Shown here in pieces: positions 37,630 to 50,542 of a stretch of 64,000 bases of DNA. The notes beneath the pieces are model-generated. The model was not told the DNA's origin. It searched no databases and saw nothing but the letters and a program-made list of their open reading frames with translations. A program made the translations under genes and the position numbers. Source of the stretch: Squalus acanthias (taxonomy: Eukaryota). Every line of letters begins with the position of its first letter. Within the stretch, counting starts at the first letter, position 1. The stretch lies in assembly GCA_030390025.1 (NCBI GenBank), contig CM059425.1, positions 178,314,001 to 178,378,000 of the forward strand. Direction: 5' to 3'.

Positions 37630-39097
37630 TCTAGCCAAGCTGTTCCAGTACAGCTACAACACTGGCATCTATCTGACAATGTGGAAAACTGCCCAGGTAT
37701 GTCCTGTCCACAAAAAGCAGGACAAATCCAATCCGGCCAATTACCTGCCCCATCAATCATTAGCAAAGTGTTGGAAGATGTCATCGACAGTGCTATCAAG
37801 CGGCACTTACTCACCAATAACCTGCTCACTGATGCCCAGTTTGGGTTCCGCCAAAACCACTCTGCTCCCGACCTCATTACAGCCTTGGTCCAAACATGGA
37901 CAAAGAAGCTGAATTCCAGAGGTGAGGTGAGAGTGACTGCCCTTGACATCAAGGCAGCATTTGACCGTGTGTGGCATCAAGGAGCCCTAGTAAAACTGAA
38001 GTCAATGGGAATCACGGGGAAAACTCTCCACTGGCTGGAGTCATACCTAGCACAAAGGAAGATGGTTGTGGTGATTGAAGGTCAATCATCACAGCCCCAG
38101 GACATCGCTGCAGGAGTTCCTCAGGGCAGTGTCCTAGGCCCAACCATCTTCAGCTGCTTCATCAATGACCTTCCCTCCAACATAAGGTCAGAAATGATGA
38201 CTGCACAGTGTTCAACGCCATTCACAACTCCTCAGATAATGAAGCTGTCCATGCCCGCATGCAACAAGACCTGAACGGCATTCAGGCTTGGGCTGATAAG
38301 TGACAGGTAACATTCGCGCCACAGAAGTGCCAGGCAATGACTATCTCCAACAAGCGAGAGTCTAACCCCCTCCCCATGACATTCAACGGCATTACCATCG
38401 CCGAATCCCCCACCATCAACATCCTGGGGGTCATCATTGACCAGAAACTTAACTGGATCAGTCACATAAATACTGTGGCAACAAGAGCAGGTCAGAGGCT
38501 AGGTATTCTGCAGCGAGTGTCTCACCTCCTGACTCCCCAAAGCCTTTCCACCATCTACAAGGCACAAGTCAGGAGTGTGATGGAATACTCTCCACTTGCC
38601 TGGATGAGTGTAGCTCCAACAACACTCAAGAAACTTGACACCATCCAGGACAAAGCAGCCCGTTTGATTGGCACCCCATCCACCACCTTAAACATTCACT
38701 CCCTCCACCACCGGCGTACCGTGGCTGCAGTGTGTACCATCTACAAGATGCACTGCAGCAACTCACCAAGGCTTCTTCGGCATCACCTCCCAAACCCGCG
38801 ACCTCTTCCACCTAGAAGGACAAGGGCAGCAGGTGCATGGGAACACCACCACCTCCAAGTTCCCCTCCAAGTCACACACCATCCTGACTTAGAAGTATAT
38901 CGCCGTTCCTTCATTGTCGCTGAGTCAAACTCCTGGAACTCCCTACCTAACAGCACTGTGGGAGTACCATCACCACATGGACTGCAGCGGTTCAAGAAGG
39001 CAGCTCACCACCACCTACTCAAGGGCAATTAGGGATGGGCAATAAATGCTGGCCTTGCCAGCGACGCCCACATCCCATAAGCGAATAAAAAAATAAA
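37630..39097 (+). mobile_element. 5'-truncated CR1/L2-group LINE (Crack/Daphne-like)
   Basis: [47 protein letters not shown], and an A-rich 3' end. Confidence 0.88.
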
Positions 39098-42089
39098 AGG
39101 AGGCTGTGTGCTGAGCCACTTGTTCATGTGGCAGCACTAAGCCGCGCTGCTCTTCCTCTAAATCTGACGACCAGGATGAGAGGATGTAAATGGTTCCCAT
39201 CCCGTTGTTATAGATTTCATTTGAGGCAAGAAGCTTGCAAGCGCACACTCAAAGTGGCCTGAAATTATTCCAATCAGTTCAAACAGCAGATGTGTGTCAG
39301 CTTGACCAGTCACAAGGTCAGTAGATTTGCAAAATCTTATCCCAAACCTCCAACAACAAAGTTGTTGCATTTGAATGCCAGCCATGTTACAGGAGCGCTT
39401 TTAAAGTTCTGCACCAATAATGACTACTGATCATGTCCTCCACCAACTCGTCTCCTTGCAGCTGGACTGTTTCTGACAAGACGGGAAACAGGAGCCAGAG
39501 GCACGAAAATGGGAAACCTCTATCAAAATAGGATATCAAGGCTGTTAACAGGCTCGTAACTACCTGTCCCACTAGTTGGAGTCAGGGTCAGTTTGGGAGT
39601 AGCTGAACAGACAGTCACGAAAATCGGGTGGGGGCGGGATGGAGGCGGGTTGGGTGTCTGAAGCCATTTTTTCCGATTTTCGCAGCTGACCCACCTCCAA
39701 ACCCGCCTCCTCAGGGCTATTAAAATCGAGCCCTTTGTCTCAGGGCAGATTCCAGTAACTTTCCCACATTTGATCCTTCCACTGTTTCCCTGTTTACCTC
39801 CTCCCTTCAGATAATGCTCTTTAGACCTAGTCTCAGATGGACACGCTTACTGCAGCAGTGTGAATTTTTCCAACATTAGCCATACATGTGGCCTCTCTGA
39901 CTGAGACATGCAATTTTTTGCTTAAGACCTGCTGTATGAAAAATAGCGAGCTCACTTCCCATTCCCCCTGCCCCTGGGCTACCCTATTTCTTATCATGGC
40001 TGCAGGGGTTTTCAACACCATTTGGGACGATGTTATAGCATAGGTTTGTTACAATGATAAAGTACCCAATTCTGCATTTTAATATGTGACAATAGTACCA
40101 TCCACCTTGTCCATATATATGGTTAAATTCTGACCTCCACAGTCTGTAGTAATAGAAATGTTTCAGACCATTTACCTGTACATGAATTGGGGCCCACTAG
40201 GGTCTAGATGAATTCACAGCTGATTAAGGAAATTTATAATTGCTAATATTGCATTTTGTTCCTTTTTTGTCCATTGCAGCATACTTATCTTGTATCTAAT
40301 TTTAGACTGAATATATATTGTCCAACATTGCAACTTGCTTGACTATGCAATCTATTCTTTGTATAGTTGAGAAAAGGTGTTTACAATTGTGGAAAATATT
40401 TTTCTGAGCAATTCAGAATAGTTGTAGGCACTGGATAATTTGATTATATAGTGTATAATGCATAAATTTACATTGTTTTATTGCTTTGCCTTTAATGAAA
40501 TGGTCCCACCCTGTCTGCAAGATCTGCAGATGTTGAGCAGGCAAGTTTTTTTTTGTCAAATAGCAGAAATCATGCTGTGCAACAGGTACTTTGTTAGAGG
40601 CAACTGGGATCAAAGTAGAATTAATGGAGAAGAAAATACTACATGGCATAATATAAATCACAGATTTTAGAGGGGGAGAATGTTTTATTTTTTTCTAGAA
40701 CTGTTTTGAGCCCTTTGAAAGAGAAGTTTAGTATTTTTTTTATTGATTTAACTGAAGTTGGTAGAACATCGATTGAGATCCCCCCCCCCCCCCCCCCCAA
40801 ACTCTACTCGGTGAAGCCAAATTGAGGCCGGCCACTTCCTCGCAGAGCTGGATAGATTATTTGTAGGTTAGTAATCCCAGGCCAGTCTTGCACACCTCTA
40901 AGAGGTCTTCTGTAGAGTTGGGAAACTTCAGGAAAGAGGAGAGAAGAATAATGGGCAAAATGTTACTTCATTATTTTTGTTCCTTTTCCCTGGTTTCTAT
41001 GCTCCACCCAAGGCTTCTAGGAGGAGCAGAGTGGCCAATTCTCCCTCATTCTCCACCCTCTCCAACTTGACACATTAGTAACTCAGTGGTCTGTAGGAAT
41101 GCATGCAAACCCATGTCCCACTACTGCATGCTGTAGCCAAAGATGTTGAAACATACTGGGCAACAAAAAAAATGTTTTATGAATAAACAGCTATTTTTCT
41201 TAATTTTCCTGCAAACAGAAGATAGTGGTGTTGATTCATGTGCTGTCACTGAATTAAGTGTATTAGAATCTTGATTTTCAAGAGAACAGATGGTTTTTGC
41301 AATTATTGGCACTGGTTATGTAAACTTTTGAGTGTGAAATTAAATTAAATCAAATCCTCTCATTTAATGGTTGAAAGATTATACGAATGGTTTAAAATGC
41401 TGCCAGGAACCTCAGGCTTTGGAATTAGCCTAGGTGTACCCAATGTGACAACAACAGAAGTATTGTTACAAGCACATTATGAATGTAATGATGTTGAGCA
41501 CCAGCAGGCAGCAAGCTGATAAAGAGCCTTCAGCTATTAAAATCATAATCTTAACACTTCTATAGATGGCTTTACTGTCTTCAATTATGTTGAAATTTCA
41601 AAAGTTCCCCAATCATAATATAATCTGTAGCCTGGAGGGTATCACATCGTTCTCCTTTTTTTCTCCTGAATCATATGTTGTGGTTTTTTCCCCTCTTTCG
41701 CCACAAGTCTTTTTTTGTGGTTAGACTTGATGGATCATAAAGAATAGACCTCAGCACAGACTTGTTTTGAGCCCTTATGGTGTGGTTCTAAATTTGATAA
41801 AGAGGGAGAGATAGTGTCTCTTTGGAAATTCTTAGACAAAGTTTATGCTTACCTTGATGAATGGTCCCTGTGCATCTGAATACTGAACTACTGGAGTGAA
41901 AAAATGTTTCTATTAGACTGGAAATATTTATCATCTTTGATTTTCAGGGCTGCTTAGTTTATTGCAAACTTGCAACTGTAAAATGGGTATTTGTGATTTT
42001 GGTAAGGACTCTTATGTTGGGAAACGGTAGTGCAATGTGCTGGTACTGGGGGTGGGTGTAGGGAGCAGTCTTAGTTTTTTCTGACAGTG

Positions 42090-42375
42090 GGAGTTGCCAT
42101 CTTTCAGATGTTAAGCAGAGTCATCATCCGCCCTCTCGGGTGGATGTAAAAGATCCTGTGGGACTATTCAAAGAAGAGCAAGGGAATTCTCCCAGTGTCC
42201 TGGCCAATATTTATCCCTCAACCAACACCATTTATCTCATTGCTCTTTATAGGCCTGTGCTGTGTGCATCTTGGCTGCTGCATTTGCCTGCATTACAACA
42301 GTAACTGCACTTCAAAAGTACTTCATTGGCTGTGAAGTGCTTTGGTACATCTTTAGATCTTGAAAGGCGCTATTC
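42090..42375 (+). mobile_element. DeuSINE fragment
   Basis: gccatctttcagatg..taaaagatcc..cattacaacagt..cttcaaaagtacttcattggctgt..gaaaggcgctat. Confidence 0.7.
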
Positions 42376-44175
42376 AGAATAGATCGTGAAAGTCCATTCA
42401 TTTCCTTTATTCTAGATATATAATAAACTAGGCTGAAGGAACCCTGCTTGAGCTTAAACATTATTTTTAAATCCGTCTTTCTTTCAATGCAAGAGCCCAC
42501 TGGGTCTTTTTTTAAAAGTAGCCACCCTGGCCTCTACTCGCTCCAATTGCCCAGGATCGCAGGTCTCCAGAGTATGCCTAACTGAACTAGCTGCCCCTGC
42601 TGTGCCATGGATGTGTAAACAATCGAGTGAACCCCTACAAAATCCAATAACTCATCCAAACAGAAGTCTCCTAGAAAAGCTTCATCAGGTAAGTGAGTGC
42701 GTGTGGGAAGTTAGCACCAAACACTTTGCAACTGTCCCTCCTCTCTCTCCATCCTCCCCATTTCCCCCAGTCATCTGCCCTCCTTCCCTACTCCCCCAGT
42801 TGTCCATCCTCTCTCTCCTCCTCTCCTCCCCTCCCCTAGGAGATATCCCTTGTTTATAGTAGAAGTAAGGCTGTCCCACAGCTTCCACTCAAAGTTTCCT
42901 TTGGAAGTTGGGGAGGGGGAAGGGAAGGGAAGGGGAGCGAGAATATTCTGGTTTCTGTAATGGAAAAAATTACCGTAAATGTGACCCTGGCTATTTAGTG
43001 TTTAAAATGTAGGTAATCATTATTCCCAAAGTTGTCTTTTTTAAGAGCTGTAATGAGACAGGTTATTACCTCTCTCAAATCAAAGAGATTCCTGTGTAAA
43101 AAGGAAAATGTCTGCTTAAAATTTGCTCTGCAAAGGGAGAACCTTTTCCTCTCCAAGCTGGTATGTATCAGTCCTCTCTCGGCAGAGGCAAGCGTCTGTG
43201 AGCAATTGACTGCACATGGTCCAGAGGCTGTTTCTTTTTTTATTGGTAAAATGAGCTAAATAATACCTAGGTATGAAATGGGATAGTACTTTTTTTTAAG
43301 CAAAATGGCACTACAGTTGCAGTATTCTATGCTTTTTTCAGTCTAGATTTAATTTTTGATAGTACACAGAAAAAGCACACAGGAAGATTTTGGTAAAAGA
43401 CCATTCAGGATCGGAGAGTCCTTTATTCACTTTTGCTGATTTCAAACTGTTTACCAATTTATAAAATCCAAAAATATGTGCAAGTTCGTGTTGGAGTGTA
43501 GCAGTCATGTTTGAACAGATACTGCTTTTAGTGATGCTGGATGGATATGCTGACAATCTATCTAACATCTGATTGTGAGAAGGTGATATTAAAACCTACA
43601 TTTGAATCTACTTGGCATCAAACTAGTGGTTATGTAGACCACACACTGCTGCATTTCAGGGTCCTTTGTCATGAATAAAGCTGGCAGATTGATCGTGGGG
43701 CCAACCCACAAAACTAGCTTGCAAGAGCACAGCCCCTTTTGGTGTGGATTAACTAGTAAACCATAATTTTTTTCATGGCCTGTTTCATCTTTTTCATTTA
43801 TTTTAATTAACTTTAATTGATGCTTTTATTTTTAACCCTTCACTGCACTGGTTATGTTAAACATATGGATTTCCTATGTGCTAGATGTTTCATATTCATT
43901 TTCCTCTACTGTAATTCAGATTTGTTGTTTTGTTTCAAGAGTTGTTCCTTGGACTTGTTTTCCCTAGTTCCCGTCCATTACAAAGTATTGGGGAACAATT
44001 CATGGTTAGGATAGTGACTGCAAACATCAACTTGTGACCTGAATAATTTAAAACTGTTAGATTCTCTTTCTTTTCATTCCCTCTCCCTATTTTCTCCCCT
44101 TCTTTCCTGGGGAACAATTCACAATGCATCAGCCCTCCATTGCCTGGCTCAAGTAACCATTATGTCTAATTCTAA

Positions 44176-44405
44176 ACAACAGGCATTTATAGAGCGCCTC
44201 TAACGTATTAAAATGTCGCAAGGCGCTTCACAGGAGCGATTATCAAACAGAGCCACATAAGGAGATATTGGGACAGATGACCAAAAGCTTGGTAGATAGA
44301 TTCTAAGGAGCGTCTTAAAGGAGGAGAGAGAGGCAGAGAGGGAATTTCAGATCTCTGGGCCTAGGTAGCTGAAGGCACAGTCACCAATGATGGAGCGATT
44401 AAAAC
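44176..44405 (-). mobile_element. L2 LINE 3' fragment
   Basis: Reverse complement of an L2-type 3' end (gcatttatagagcgcc..aaggcgcttcacag..tttcag..gggcctaggtagctgaaggc). Confidence 0.55.
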
Positions 44406-44544
44406 AGTAAATATCAGCAGACATTGTAACTGAGAAACATCACAGTCGAGCCTGATCCTGCTCTCGCTAATTATCAACATGCAAAAACTTTTCAGCAATG
44501 GAAATTAGGTTTGGGAGCCAAGGCTGATATATTTTCGTAATTTC

Positions 44545-44745
44545 TCTATCTTCAACATAACTAAAGCAGATTATCTGGTCATTATCACATTGCTGTTTGT
44601 GGGAGCTTGTTGTGTGCAATTGGCTGCTGCGTTTCTTTAATTACAACAGTGACTGCTCTTCAAAAGTACTTCATTGGCTGTAAAGCGCTCTGGGATGTCC
44701 TGAGGTCGTGAAAGGCGCTATATAAATGCAAGTCTTTTTTTTTAT
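44545..44745 (+). mobile_element. DeuSINE 3' part
   Basis: gggagcttgttgtgtgcaattggctgc..gtcgtgaaaggcgctatataaatgcaag. Confidence 0.75.
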
Positions 44746-45352
44746 TTTTCATCCTCCCACGTGCTAAGATCAATTGCAGTACCCCCAGAACTTCTGTGGT
44801 TGAGACCAACTAACTCGGGGATTGAACCTGGGACCTGCATGTGGCTCGGTTCCACACCACTGAGCAACTAGAAGGGCAACTGTTTATACCTCAGCCAAAT
44901 TTAAGTGTATGTTCCTTGTGTGGTACCGGGTGCCTTTCAAAGAAAACTATCAAATTTGAGATGTATGTTTTTTCCTGTGTGTGTCAATAAGAAGTGGCAT
45001 ATCAGCTACTTTTTTAGATTTCATGAAACTTGACCAGAGATTCCTTTTTTTTTAGGTTTGATTTTAAAATGACGTGTGGGAAATCAATTGGGTTTTATTA
45101 CTGTCTAGTTTATTAGGTTTTATTAGTTCTATATTAAAATCTTAAGCACAAAAGTTGAAAGTATCTTGGAATTCTGTAGCCACTTTTGCACTACGTAGGA
45201 GTGCAGTCAATTTCAGAGACACCGATCTCCCTCTGTCAGCTACACCCCAAAGTGCGATTAAGTCCAGCTCCCTTCTCCCAACACCAACAGACTCATGAAA
45301 ACATGGATCTATAATTCTGTTGTTAGGACAAGGAAGCTAACTTTAGTCGTGT

Positions 45353-45739
45353 AAAAACAGAAAATGCTGGAATCACTCAGCAGGTCAGGTCGCATCCAAT
45401 ATGGAAACAGAAGATGGGTCCAGAGGAGGTGTAAATGGTTACAGAATGTCCAAGAGAAAATGGGAGCGGTGGTTAACTTTTAAAGTTGTTAACTCAATGT
45501 TAAGGCCAGAAGGCTGTAAATTTCTCAGTAGAAAGAGGAGGTACTGTTCCTCAAGCTTGTATTGAGCTTCATTGGAATAGTGTAGGAGGCTGAAGACAGA
45601 GCGATCAGAGTGGGAGTTGGATGGAGAATTAAAATGGCAAGTGACCGGAAGCTCCGGATCACGCTTGCCAACTGCTGAGTGTTTCCAGCATTTTCTGTTT
45701 TTAGTTCAGATTTCCAGCATTCGCAGGATTCTGCTTTTG
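45353..45739. mobile_element. PLE family 2 insertion with inverted ends (older)
   Basis: Inverted aaaaacagaaaatgctggaa..ctcagcag termini, an internal minus-strand GIY-YIG end, and a decayed 12-bp TSD ctttagtcgtgt / ctttaatcatgt. Confidence 0.75.
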
Positions 45740-45850
45740 CTTTAATCATGTGAACATGGGGAGCTGGTCCTGCAGATTTGTTCTCTGGAATTTCCCTAAA
45801 AGCAGAGCCCAGTGCACCTACACAGATCAGCTCCAAGTATAAATACAGGA

Positions 45851-46077
45851 CAAAAGCAAAATACTGCGGATGCTGGAAATCTGAAATAAAAACAGAAAAT
45901 GCTGGAAATACTCAGCAGGTCAGGCAGCATCTGTGGAGAGAGAAACAGAGTTAACGTTTCAGATCAGTGACCTGCTATTTCTGATGAAAGGTCATCGACC
46001 TGAAACGTTAACTCTGTTTCTCTCTCCACAGATACAGCCTGACCTGAGTATTTCCAGCATTTTCTGTTGTTTTATAT
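45851..46077. mobile_element. PLE family 2 fold-back insertion with hammerhead motif (45981-46013)
   Basis: Inverted arms of about 80 nt, 13-bp TSD TATAAAT(A/G)CAGGA at 45838-45850 and 46078-46090, and CTGATGA-a-aggtc-atc-gacct-GAAA-cgtt-aact. Confidence 0.85.
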
Positions 46078-46779
46078 TATAAATGCAGGAGACTGGCGCA
46101 TGGACGTTCTATCCCAAAATAGGTTTTGTTGTCGAGCACAAATATATTGTCTTGTGATTAATTTGTCCAACAAATTCACCTCACCAAGCTTATTTAAATT
46201 CTATTTTAGTATCCTATTTGCAAATATCCCTGATTCTAGATCAACTGCAATTGACAGGTGTCACTTGTAAGGAGTTTATGAATTTAACTGACCTGAAATT
46301 GACATGCTAGATGTGGTTGTGGGGAGCAGAAAGATTATAGTGCATGATATGGAATGAATGTATCAAGTTATGACAGGTTTTGTACATACATAAATTCCCC
46401 CATACGTTTATTTTTTTTTCCCTGTGGAATACAAACTCACATTTTACTGCTCCATGGCAAGTGGACCATGACACTAGGGCCGTAATTTTAAGGCGAGTCG
46501 GGTGCGGGGGTGCTGCGTAGCGGGTCGGCCTCACGCAGCACACTGTCCACCTTCTCTTGAACTGAGTTGGATCATTTGAGTTAGGCCTGCAGGTTTCCTA
46601 GCCAGTTAAATGTAGCGGGCCTGATGATGTCATTGATGACTCACCTTGAGCTCAGATATTTAAAGGGGCCTTCCACACATCACACTTAAGGTTGTTGGAG
46701 TAGGATCGGAGCTCTTTGGCAGAGGTGTGGTTGTTCAGAACCTAAAGATTTTCCATCTGAAGCTTGAGGGAAGCTGGCA

Positions 46780-47502
46780 GTCCCAGCGGCAGAAGGCAGC
46801 ACCAAGATTCTCTGACTCCTCCTTGGAAGTCCTGCACGCAGGGACATCCTGTTCCCTGGGGATGAGTGCAAGAGACCTTCCAGTGAGACCAAGAGGGTAT
46901 GGTTGGAGATCGCGGAGGAGGTCAGCAGCAGGGATGTAGTTAGGCGGTCCTGGATCCAGTGCCGCAAAAGATTTAATGATCTCATGAGGTCAGGAAAGGT
47001 GAGTGCAATGCCACATTCAACTACATCCTGATGTGCGTGTCACCCCAACCACATCACTCTGCCTTCTCAAGCCTACTCCTGCACGTCAATCCTCACACCG
47101 ACCTACCTTGCAAGGTGCACCCATCCCTCACTCTCTATGCACCTACTCACATCACCATCTGACTAACCACTGCTGACACTCACCCTCAGCCTAATGCAAT
47201 CATAGAAAGTTACGCCACAGAAGGAGGCCATTTGGCAATGTCACGGCACTCCCTCATAGTCACCCTGTACAGATGTAGCCCATCCATTCATACACTCATT
47301 CCATCACTCTCACTCAAAGTTCTCCTCTTTTCCTCCTTGCAGGAGAAGAGAGCCCAGAATATCCGGGAAAGGCAATGAACCGGAGGTGGCCCTCCAATTT
47401 ACACCAACTTGACTCCGGCAGAGGAGGAGGCGCTGCAAATCACTAGAGTTGCAGAGCTGCTGGCGGTGGGAGACGGAGAGAGGGAGACCTCTCAGCAACC
47501 TG
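46780..47502 (+). pseudogene. Harbinger Myb/SANT-like gene, two recognisable exons (~46780-46998 and 47343-47502)
   Basis: RQKAAPRFSDSSLEVL..WLEIAEEVSS..RSWIQCRKRFNDL, AAG|GTGAGT donor, ttgcAG acceptor, then EKRAQN.RERQ*TGGGPP..LTPAEEEAL. Confidence 0.85.
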
Positions 47503-48282
47503 GTGACAGAATTAAATATCATACAGCCACATGGCATACAACAGTCACTCATGGTGACTTGATGTCAGCAGCCAGTGAAATGTCATGTGCATAATGGTAA
47601 TGTTACCCATTCTTATCATAACACTTCTAATTCATCTCTTTACTCTCCCACAATCCATCAACTGCCCCCCCCCATGTCTAGCTGGAGGAGGAAGACGACT
47701 CCTCAGAGGATACACCGTCACCAGACCCACGCGCAGGCAGCACCAGCGCAGATACGTGCACCTCGGTGGGTCCAACGAGACAGAGTGTAGTGTTGTCACC
47801 TGGTGTCTCTCAGATCACAAGTGAGCAAGAGCAGATGGTGGAGACAGGGACAGCAGTGGAGAGCCCTCGTCGGAGGGTGCTCAAGGTGGAGATGGACTCG
47901 TCCATTCCCTGTACAGTCGCGGCTGCAAAAGCTGCCAGAGCCTCACGTATTTGTTGCTGCTCCTTCAAGATCTCCCTCTTTCTCGACGGTCCCCAAGGTT
48001 CAGCATCTGCATGCAACTGAGCAGAGCTGGGAGCGTCCTGCACCCTCCGACGAGGGCTCTCCACTGCTGTCCCTGGTGACAGAATTAAATATCATACAGC
48101 CATTTAAATTCCCCAGCTGCCGTGGGGGGATTTGAACTCATGTTCCCCAGATCATTAGTCCAGTAACATAACCACTATGCTACCATACCCATTAAGTGAA
48201 TGGTGAGACATTACTTAATCTCAAGCAATGGGGGTTTGGTTGACAGGGATGATTTGGTCATTGTAGGACTGCTTTGTGGTGT

Positions 48283-49178
48283 TGACACTCTAGGACACAT
48301 CTGGTGGACATGTGGCTGTCATTATAGTGCTCCTTGGCCTCATTGCTTGACCTCCTCAACGATGTCACCAACCATGTCTTTAGTGGATAACCCAAGCAGC
48401 CAGTCGGTAAGTTTGTTTGGAGGTGTGAAGAGCTGAGGGAGGGTGGACTGGCGCAGAACGAAAGAGTCATGACAGCTGCCTGGGAATCTGGCACACGCTT
48501 GCATGATCTTTTTATGGTTGCAGACGAGCTGCTCATTGAGGGAGTGGAAGCCCTTGCGGTTCACAAACACTCCTGGGTGATGTGGGGGTGCCGTGATGGT
48601 CACGTGTGCAGTCGATGACACCCTGCACCTGTGGGAAGCCAGCCAGAGCCGCAAAGCCGAGCGTCCGCTCAGTAACACTGGCTTCATCAGTGGCAAAGTT
48701 TACATAATTGGCTGACTTGTGAAACATGACATCGGTCACCTGGGTGATGCATTTGTGGGCGGCCGACTGCAAGATCCTGCAAATGTCTGCTGCAGATCCC
48801 TGGAAGGAGCCTGAGGCAAAGACGTTGAGGGTGCTGGTGACTTTGACAGCCACTAGTAAGGCGTGTCCACCAGCTCCTCTGGGCAGCAGGTCTTGTTCCA
48901 GCAAGCTACAAATGTCTGCGACGACCTAGCGCGATAGCCTGAGCCTCTTGAAGCACTGCTGCTCAGTCATGTCCAGGAAGCTCATCCTCTGCCTGTATAC
49001 CCTGTGTTGGGGGCATTGCCTCTGGCGCGGTGCACCCCTGTGCTGATCCCCTCTTCTGTGGAGCATCAGGTCGGTGAGAAGAAGGCTGCTGGTGTGGTTG
49101 CTGCTACTGGTGTTGGTGCTGGGGCTCATCTTGGTCTGAATCTGAGGTCCAAGGTGAGACAGCATAAGCAGCACCCAT
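48283..49178 (-). pseudogene. Harbinger (HARBI1-like, DDE_Tnp_4) transposase, frameshifted and 3'-truncated
   Basis: [63 protein letters not shown]. Confidence 0.92.
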
Positions 49179-49285
49179 GCTGATCTAATAGATGCCATGA
49201 TGCGGAGATGCCGGTGTTGGACTGGGGTGGACAAAAGTGAGAAGTCGCACAACACCAAGTTATAGTCCAACAGTTTTATTTGAAA

Positions 49286-49323
49286 TCACAAGCTTTCGGA
49301 GCTGCTGCCCCTTCGTCAGGTGA
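49286..49323 (-). ncRNA. Minimal hammerhead motif, family 1
   Basis: Exact reverse complement of the copy at 49540-49576. Confidence 0.8.
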
Positions 49324-49539
49324 AGTGAAGGAATACGAATCGACAAAGCATATATAGTCAGAGAACAATGCCTGTGTAGCGTACAATGTCAGACGACTAC
49401 ATTTTATCTTTCTGATTGTTTCTCTGCCGAGGTGTGATGAAAGGCAATCAGAAAGATAAAATGTAGTCGTCTGACATTGTACGCTACACAGGCATTGTTC
49501 TCTGACTATATATGCTTTGTCGATTCGTATTCCTTCACT

Positions 49540-49576
49540 TCACCTGACGAAGGGGCAGCAGCTCCGAAAGCTTGTG
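49540..49576 (+). ncRNA. Minimal hammerhead motif, family 1
   Basis: tcac-CTGACGA-a-ggggc-agca-gctcc-GAAA-gctt-gtga. Confidence 0.8.
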
Positions 49577-50542
49577 ATTTCAAATAAAACTGTTGGACTA
49601 TAACTTGGTGTTGTGCGACTTCTCACTTTTGATCTAATAGATGCCAGGTAAAGTGGAGATCAGAGGCACAATCCTCCAATGTAGTGAGAGTGACTTGTAA
49701 TGTGGTGAGAGTGGCTTCTGAGGTTGCAGAAATCACCTGCAAACTCCTGAAAGCAAAATCTCTGCACAAAATGGTGTCAGCCAGAGCCTTTCCCTTAGCC
49801 AAGGAAGCTGGTGTAAGGTGTGAGTATTTATGTGCTTTTTCCAGCTGTCACTTAATGAAGTAGCACAATGGCCACTGAGCCTCCGCCTCCCCTTCACAGG
49901 CGAGGTTCCCGAGGTATGTGAATCCCGTGTGCAACCAGTTAAAGCTCAAACCTGACGTTAAAAAGGCAGTTAATGGTCTGTAAATGAGCAGTTAACAACC
50001 TCAATGAGGTCGCCTGCCTCTCCCGAGCGGGTCTGTAGCGGAAGTCGGTGGGATGACGGCGGGTTCCTGACACGCTGTCAATTTCAGCGCGTTTAACCGC
50101 CAACTCGCTCCCAGACCCGCACGCTCTCCAATGTGAAAATTCCGGCTTAGGAAACCTAACACTGCTGTCAAAATTAATCCCATCTAAAAAAGTAGTGCTT
50201 TAGATTGTCATAAAGCAGCATTCTATAACTCTCATCAACTTAATATGTCCCCCCTAAAATTGCAGATTTGTTTCAATAAAAGAATGATTGTGACTAGAAA
50301 TTATAGATTTAATGGCATTTGGTCTCTCCAGCACTTTGAAGTCTTGAGGCACAACAATGAACAAATCTAAAAACGGTTGTGAAGCATTGCTTTATAGTTT
50401 TCATATTACAGAAACATGACTACACTCGTTATCAGTAGCTCTTACATTCTGTCTACATAGCCAATTTTTAGAAAGAAAGCTAACCAGCATTTGCTAGTAG
50501 TGTAAGCATTTCTTTAAAACCAACATAAATCGCAGAGTCCTA

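Larger units (their letters stand above)
36607..39733 (+). mobile_element. Decayed PIF/Harbinger transposon 1 (Myb-like exon kept, transposase largely lost, LINE inside)
   Basis: Perfect 16-bp TIR GGGCTCGATTTTAATA and 3-bp TSD TTT (36604-36606, 39734-39736). Confidence 0.88.
49198..49629. mobile_element. PLE family 1 fold-back insertion: 187-bp perfect inverted arms, 26-nt loop, one-sided tail
   Basis: Arms 49232-49418 and 49445-49631. 17-bp TSD TGATCTAATAGATGCCA at 49181-49197 and 49630-49646. Confidence 0.93.
46478..50147 (+). mobile_element. Decayed two-gene PIF/Harbinger transposon 2 (convergent Myb-like and transposase genes)
   Basis: TIRs ggccgtaatttt / aaaattccggct and TSD TAG (46475-46477, 50148-50150). 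Confidence 0.9.

Noticed and set aside
48283..49178. Domesticated HARBI1 host gene
   Set aside because: It has frameshifts and stops, is truncated, and lies between TIRs with a TSD. It is a dead transposon copy.
48926..49270. 114-aa ORF as a PLE-transposase fusion gene
   Set aside because: It reads through the insertion junction by chance, and the downstream transposase is broken.
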